Source: Trichosphaerium sp. ATCC 40318 (taxonomy: Eukaryota; Protista; Tubulinea). Taken from it: DNA of 55,260 nt. Every line of letters starts with the position of its first letter. The stretch's first letter is position 1. A program made the position numbers and the translations under genes. The stretch lies in NCBI GenBank assembly GCA_038496445.1, contig JALMLS010000004.1, forward strand, positions 1 to 55,260, given 5' to 3'. The notes below the pieces were generated by a model. That model searched no databases. It was not told the origin of the DNA and saw nothing but the letters and a program-made list of their open reading frames with translations. Below are positions 48,701 through 55,260 of the stretch, piece by piece.

Positions 48701-51700
48701 ATTTTAGCACCAAACGTGCTGAGGTATCTGTCACTGATAAAGAGGTTTCCAAAGTGTCAACTGAGTTATCTCTTTGCAGAGGTGAACTTAAAACACTTAA
48801 ACAACGTATGGATACTTGTAATGCAGAGATTGCTGGGAGAAAGACATTGCTTGCAGGCCATCTGGTTCGTACTTTTTTTTTTTTTTGCAACACGTGTTTT
48901 CTTCTTTTGATTTACGATGTATCATCGCGGACATTTTATTGTTGTTCTCTTTTTTTTTGGTACTAGTACGTTGTTGTTTATAATTTGTTATGATACAGGG
49001 GAGAGGAGATATTCCAGATCAAATAAAAACAGAAAAACTGAAAATAAAGGAAATGAATGATATTGTAAAAGTATTTGACCATGCTGACAGCTTTTATGCT
49101 ACTATAATCGATGAAGCTACAAAAGCACATTGTTGCCCAGTTTGTGCTTCTTCTATGGACGACAATGCTATCAAACAAGCTACTGCCAGGGTACATGTGG
49201 ATCAAAATTTATCCGCGGAAAAACTTCTTTTTTCTCTTCTTGCATTATCTGACTCACCAACTCCCTCAAGCTTAAAGAAAAAACCAAACGACCGGCTGAA
49301 ATACAAACCATAAAGAAGGCACTTAATAAAGCCATCCAAGACAAGGATACACTTGGTATGTTAAAAGAAGTTTAGGACTGAGAATGCCTTAACTATCTTC
49401 TCTTTGTATTAATTTTTTTTTCAACAGAGGAGCTATTACCTGCCTGGAATGATCTTCAAAAACTCCAAGAAGAAGTTCCTAAACTACAAATCAAGATACA
49501 AGCTATTGAGGTTAAGATTGAGAAGCACGCTTCACTTGAATCAGAAATAGCGACAAAAAGGAAAAAGTTTTCTGTTCAAGAAAAGCGACTAACGAGGCTA
49601 CTTGTTCGTGCAAAGAGTTGTCTAAAGGCTGAACAAGATATAAAATCTGTACAGGCCGATATTGAACAAGAAGAGAAGGCTCTTGTCGGCTTTGGTACGC
49701 TTTGTTTTCAATGAAACATCAGAGTATCAAGTTCCACTCTTTCTTCTTTAGAAGTGGTTTTAGCATAGCGCTAGATAATAACTGACAGTATTTTTTAGGG
49801 GATACTAGAAGTCTTGAAGATGTAACAAAGGAAGTAAATCAGCTACAAAACGAAAAAGACGCCGTTGATAAAGAAATTAATGAGAAACGTCAAGTCTTTG
49901 AAAAGTATCAAAACGACCTTCATACACAAGAGAGAAGAGTGAATGAGTTACAAAATAAAATACTACAAACACGTGCAGTAAACGATAAACTTACGTTACT
50001 AAAACAACAAGCTTCACAGCTAGAGCAAGGTAATAACTTTTGTGGGTGTTTTTTTTTTGGAATTATCATCTTTCTGACTTGATTTCTTCTTTGCTCGTTT
50101 TCTCTCTTATTATTTTGTTATTTTGACATTTTCCCGTAGAAACAACAAAGCTAGAACCAGTTATTACTGCTCAAGATGAGGTGATTAAAGAAAAGAAGAA
50201 AGAAATCGAAGTAGCAAAAGCAGAAAAGCGAAAACAACTTATCGAGGATAAGAAACAGATCACTGCCTTTGAGAGCCAAGTCACTGGTTTTACAGCTGGT
50301 GTTTCTATCCTTAAAAAGACACATAGTAGCTTAGTAGCACTACTTCATAAGCACAAAGACCCTACCACACGATTAAAAAAGCTTGAAGGTAAACTTGTTC
50401 TAAAAAAAACGATCTAACGTTGCTGATGTGATTTGTAGATTCTGTGCTTGCATTACAAGAGAAGAAAGAGCAAATTGATGCCGAGCTTTCTAAAGTGCGC
50501 AAAGAAGCAGCAACACTAGAAAATCAACTAGCGGATTCCAATGGCACGTTTTTTAGATCGATTTGATGTTTTTGTTTTATAAACATTGAACTTTGGACTT
50601 TTTGCCTAATAGTGACTTCTCTTGATTATCGCTTGATAGAATTTTATCTGATTTTAAAAATATAGGAACATGTAAGAAAATAGAAGAGAATATCAGGCTG
50701 TTGAATCTACATGATGAAATATTAGAGTTGGAAACAAGCATTAAAAAGAAGAAAAAAGACTTTTCTGGACTGAGCTATGAAACTGTTGCCAATGATACTG
50801 CAGTTGTTGAAAAAGAGTTAAATACTATAACTGCTAGTGTACGTATTATAAAAATTTAGTTATAACGTAAAAAATTTCAGGACAAGGCTTCACTTAAGCA
50901 ACGAGCTTCCTTCTTGTTTTATTCTTAAAACCCCAAACGAAACTTACGCCTTCATAGAAAAACAAATTCGTTGGCCAAGTTACAGCGTATAAGTCCCAGG
51001 AAAAGGAAATAACAGATCAGTTGGGTCAGAAATCTTATGTTGGAGCTGATGACTTATATAATAAGCGTATGGTTCAACTGAAGGTACCAAGTTAGAATAG
51101 CACCAACTTTTTTTTTAAAGCTTCAACTTGAAGATTTTTTTTTTACAATTTCTTTCGCCTAAACTTTCATTATTAGACGCTTAAGATGACTACAGCGGAT
51201 CTAGATAAATATTATCATGCCCTTGATAATGCATTGACAACATATCATGGTGCTAAAATGAAGGAAATTAACAAGATTATAAAGGAACTCTGGCAAGCTA
51301 CTTATAAGGGTAAAGATATTGATACCCTTGAAATCAGAGCCGACTCTGAGTCTGGAAAGACTAAACGTGTATTTAATTATAGAGTGGTTATGGTAAAACA
51401 AGGTAAGGCGCTTCTCAAATCAGAAAACAACAAACCTTTTCCATTCTTTTATTGGGAATTTTTTTCTTCAAAAACTGACACTTTTACAACCCTACCTTAC
51501 TTCCTTAATACGGTTTGATTTCATAATTAATATTATATATAGGTACAGAACTCAATATGCGTGGTAGATGTTCTGCTGGTCAAAAGGTAATAATTTTAAA
51601 GGCAAAGAAAGTTTTTAATTTTTTTTCAATAGGTTTTGGCTTCACTTATTATCAGGCTTGCTTTAGCTGAGACATTTTGTACAAATTGTGGTGTACTTGC

Positions 51701-51995
51701 ACTTGATGAGCCAACAACAAACCTTGATCGATTTAATGTTGAAAGTTTTGCAAACGCATTGAGCAAGTAAGTCTTTAGAAATCTTCACGTGATTCTTTAG
51801 TTCTAATAATTTTTTTGTAGCATTATTAAAACACGTCGTGAACAACGAGGTTTTCAGCTTATTGTTATTACACATGACGAAGAGTTTGTTAGTTTACTTG
51901 GTGAACATTGTGATAGTTATTGGCGTGTACAGAAAAATGATAGGTTTGTGAGTACGATCACAAAGGATGAGATTATGAACCTTCTACGTGGATAA
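45767..51995 (+). CDS. RAD50: DNA repair protein RAD50
   Basis: [39 protein letters not shown], zinc hook [41 protein letters not shown]. Confidence 0.97.
46597..46700 (+). ncRNA. Candidate intronic hairpin RNA (H/ACA-like) in a RAD50 intron
   Basis: A 184-nt intron (46570..46753) contains the stem ctactgc/gcagtag (46639-46645/46689-46695) with inner tcag/ctga and gtgta/tacat pairings. Confidence 0.35.
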
Positions 51996-52441
51996 ATAAA
52001 AAAAAAAAAAGAAAAAAAGAGAATAAATCTTTCATTGTAAAAATATTCGGTTTGATGGTGTTATTTCTCATCACTGTAACCATTTGCCTACGCTTGTTCA
52101 CCTTCTTAAGAAGGTAATATTTTGTAGAAGAATCGCACGAAAGGTAATGAGTTTGCCAGTTTGACACCACAAAACTTAACGCAAAGCTCTAACTTAAAAA
52201 GTGCAAGTTTCGTAGTGGTGTACACAGCTAGAACGTGCTAATTTACGCAGCGGGTGTGGTAGGCCACGTTACATTAAGCGTACACTTGGAGTACGTAAAT
52301 TGTCATTGTTAGGCATTTACAGCGTTTTTCGGTGCACTGTATCGTAATCCATCTGTACTTGTATAAAATACGCTCTGGATGACTAACAAATACTTTCGCA
52401 GTTAAATCTAGTCGCTGATTATCTTTAGTAGTCCGACAACA

Positions 52442-53811
52442 ATGTCTGATACGTGTAGTACGCAACTACATACGTTTAAATACAATTGACCCAAACGCGA
52501 CTGAGAAAAACGCAATTCCATTTCGAAAATTGCACAAAACGATACTAATACATAAAAATAGGTTCGCCGCCTGTAATAATTGACAACGGATCTGGAAACA
52601 TCATTGCTGGATTCGCTGATGATGTTTCACCACGTTGTTTTGAGCCAAACGTCTTTGGCACTATAAACCTCAAGACTTCGTCATTGGGAGGCTTTGGACC
52701 AAGGAATACAAGGATAGGATCTTATGCTATCCAATGCCGAGGTCTACTAGATTTAACATATCCTATGAAACACGGTATAGTCACTGATTGGGACACAATG
52801 GAAACTGTTTGGCATTTTGTTATTTATAGCGCGTTGCGTTGTGATCCACAGGAGCAACCATTGCTGTTAACTGAGGCTCTATTTACGCCTATCAAGGACA
52901 GGTAGGTCTCAATTTCTGAAGTAGTCATAACTTTGTGCAACAGTTTGAAGTTGGTTTTTTTGTTGGATTAATCATTGTTTAGAGAAAAGAAAGCGGAGAT
53001 AATGTTTGAGACGTTTGAGGTTCCTAGTGTTTATATTGCTACATCCCCAGGATTATCTATATATGCTCAAGATAAAGACAGTGGATTAGTTGTTGAATGT
53101 GGAGATGGGTTAACTCAAACAGTCGCTGTCTACAAAGGAAATGCTGTTTCAGCTGGTGCTAAGACAATTGACATTGGTGGACGTGATATTACTGAGTACC
53201 TTGTTAAATTGCTTAACAGCAGAGGTTATTCTTTTACAACAAGTGCTGAGGTAGATATTATCCGTGATATGAAGGAGAAGATGAGTTATATAGCACTTAA
53301 TTTTAAGAAAGAAATAGGAATGAGTTTAAAAGCGGTTACGTATGAGCTTCCAAATGGAAAGGATATTCCTGCTGGGTTAGAGCTGTTTAAGTGCAATGAA
53401 GCTTTTTTTGATCCATCCCTTATTGGTATGAGCGGTTACGGCATTCATAGACTCGCGCATGATACAATAATGGCATGTCCTAGTGATGTCAGGAAGGTAC
53501 TGTTTGATTTTTTTTTACTGTAGTACTTATTGTACTATCAACAGAGCCTTTACAACAACGTATGTATTTCTGGTGGTAGTACACTGACTACAGGATTCAA
53601 AGAGCGCCTTTCTAAAGAGATAAAGTTTCTTAACACTACAGTAGAAGACGTCAGTATAGTAGCATCTACTTCAAGAGCTTTTTCTTCTTGGCTTGGTGGT
53701 TCAAAAGTTGCAACATTGGATTCTTTCAACAAATGTTGGGTTTCTAAAGAAACCTTCGAAGAATTTGGTGCAAAATCAGTACATGAATTTCCAATTACAC
53801 CAGTAGTATAG
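52442..53811 (+). CDS. Divergent actin / actin-related protein
   Basis: VIIDNGSG, YPMKHGIVTDWD, LLTEA, IMFETFEVP, VECGDG, GGRDITEYL, ISGGST, SSWLGGS. Confidence 0.92.
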
Positions 53812-54885
53812 CTTGTGAACTAAAAACGTACTACAACAAGAAACAAATGAGGAGTAAACTTGTGAAATAAATTTGGTAAAAGTTCCTCTATTAAACTTCA
53901 TCGTCTGTCATGTGCCATTTTTAGTTTTTGGCAGAATTTTTTAAAACATGTTACAAAGCCGTGGGAGTATGTATGCTACATTATTTTTTCGGATCATTTT
54001 CGGTTCAGTTTTGGGAACGTTTCGGTGTGACTTTTTGGTAAAATTGGTAAAAACCCATTATTGCTTGCCATATGCTCCCTCCCTCTTGAGAATGTAGTAT
54101 AGACTAATATGATAATGCGATCATTCTCTGTTGAACAGATTTTGCACCAAATAAGATTTACTAGTTCAACATGTAACTTGTCGGGGAATAAAAACTTTTT
54201 AGTTTTCTGTGCTTCTTACTGCCACACACGAAGTTTTTTTCGGCGTTTATAGCGTAAGTAAGGCAAACCGTTTGTCGGACACTAAATTTAGTTTGCATTT
54301 TTTTAAAGCCACAGGCGTTCCCGAAAGCGAACCGAGCCCGTACCTTGCTGGCATTCGTTGTCCTACACTCACATAGTTTTCGAACAATGCAAACAAATGC
54401 AAACAATCGCTAAATTTAGGAACCAAGTTACAAAACGGTTCTTACGTCAATTTGACTTCTACAATAGACTACTTATATACTTTATTGAAGCGGTCCCTCA
54501 ATGCCGCAAAGTAGCCATCAGAGTACTGTTCTAAGTTGGGCACATTTTGACTTCTATAATAGACTATTATTAAGAGCACGAATATTTGACAGTGGACACA
54601 GGAGTCACAAGCGTGTTATTAAACTTTACAATTGAAAAAAAAACCAGTTGCCAAAAATAGGACAAATCAGAATTCTTTACTTTCGTGTGAAAATATATTT
54701 TATTTAAAATTATGAGCCAAAATATAAATTATATTACGAGAAGTACAAGTCCAAAGGTTTTTGCAAGGTCGGGAAATGGACATACAACATGGAATTATTT
54801 TTCTCCGCAACAGTAGCTAGTTATTTTTACACTTTTTTTTTGGTTGATACTATTTTTACTATTGTTATCATTTTCTCACAATGAT

Positions 54886-55260
54886 TAAAGCACTTCTATG
54901 TTTATGTACTCTATTCGCACTGACGCTTGCTCTAAGTACGTAGCTTCTCTAGAGAAGCTGTTTGGCGCAACAACAAGCAAAGAGCTGCACTGTTTTGTTA
55001 ACTATTCATTAACCTATCCACATAGGCGTAGGCGATTCGGGAAGATGTACAATGCGCGTTCCGACCTTCGCTGACTTTTTGGCTGCTAATTCTGCTGAAC
55101 CAAACAACCCCGGCTTTATCGTTAATGATACAGCTGTAGAGTATCGAGCACCAATTTCAATTTCTGGAATAGAACACACAATTGATATTAACACAAATTC
55201 CCTAACATACATCATTGAAGTCAGCTCAGGTAACCCAACGTCAAATCTTATACTGGAGTG
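54886..55260 (-). CDS. Probable 3' end of a hypothetical gene entering from outside the window
   Basis: Open exon-like segments with splice-like boundaries; no domain recognised. Confidence 0.3.

Overview
This is AT-rich eukaryotic DNA in the standard genetic code, densely packed with genes that are split by many short introns (mostly 35-100 nt; donors GTACGT/GTGCGT/GTAAGT, branch CTAAC/CTGAC). A cycloartenol-type sterol cyclase, a plant/Dictyostelium-type FHA-AAA ATPase and TTAGGG telomere repeats suggest a protist, possibly an amoebozoan; that assignment is inference. The first 12.3 kb is a near-perfect 4,733-bp inverted repeat that duplicates a PTEN-like gene and an ECO1/ESCO gene. It surrounds a 2.9-kb telomeric/subtelomeric loop, and its geometry fits a fold-back primed by a chromosome end on an internal inverted telomere motif, either in vivo or as an amplification/assembly artefact. 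The rest holds a truncated, divergent NAD(P) transhydrogenase domain-III protein head-to-head with a malic enzyme, an intronless orphan ORF, a UIM + MKRN2OS-like protein, an ABCG half-transporter, a LIM + EF-hand protein, cycloartenol synthase, an ARM protein, a coiled-coil gene whose long intron holds a structured RNA-like element, an ependymin-like secreted protein, a kinase, an FHA-AAA ATPase, a TPR protein, RAD50 and a divergent actin. All gene models were spliced by eye and family calls come from remembered motifs, not database searches. Coordinates give the overall gene span.
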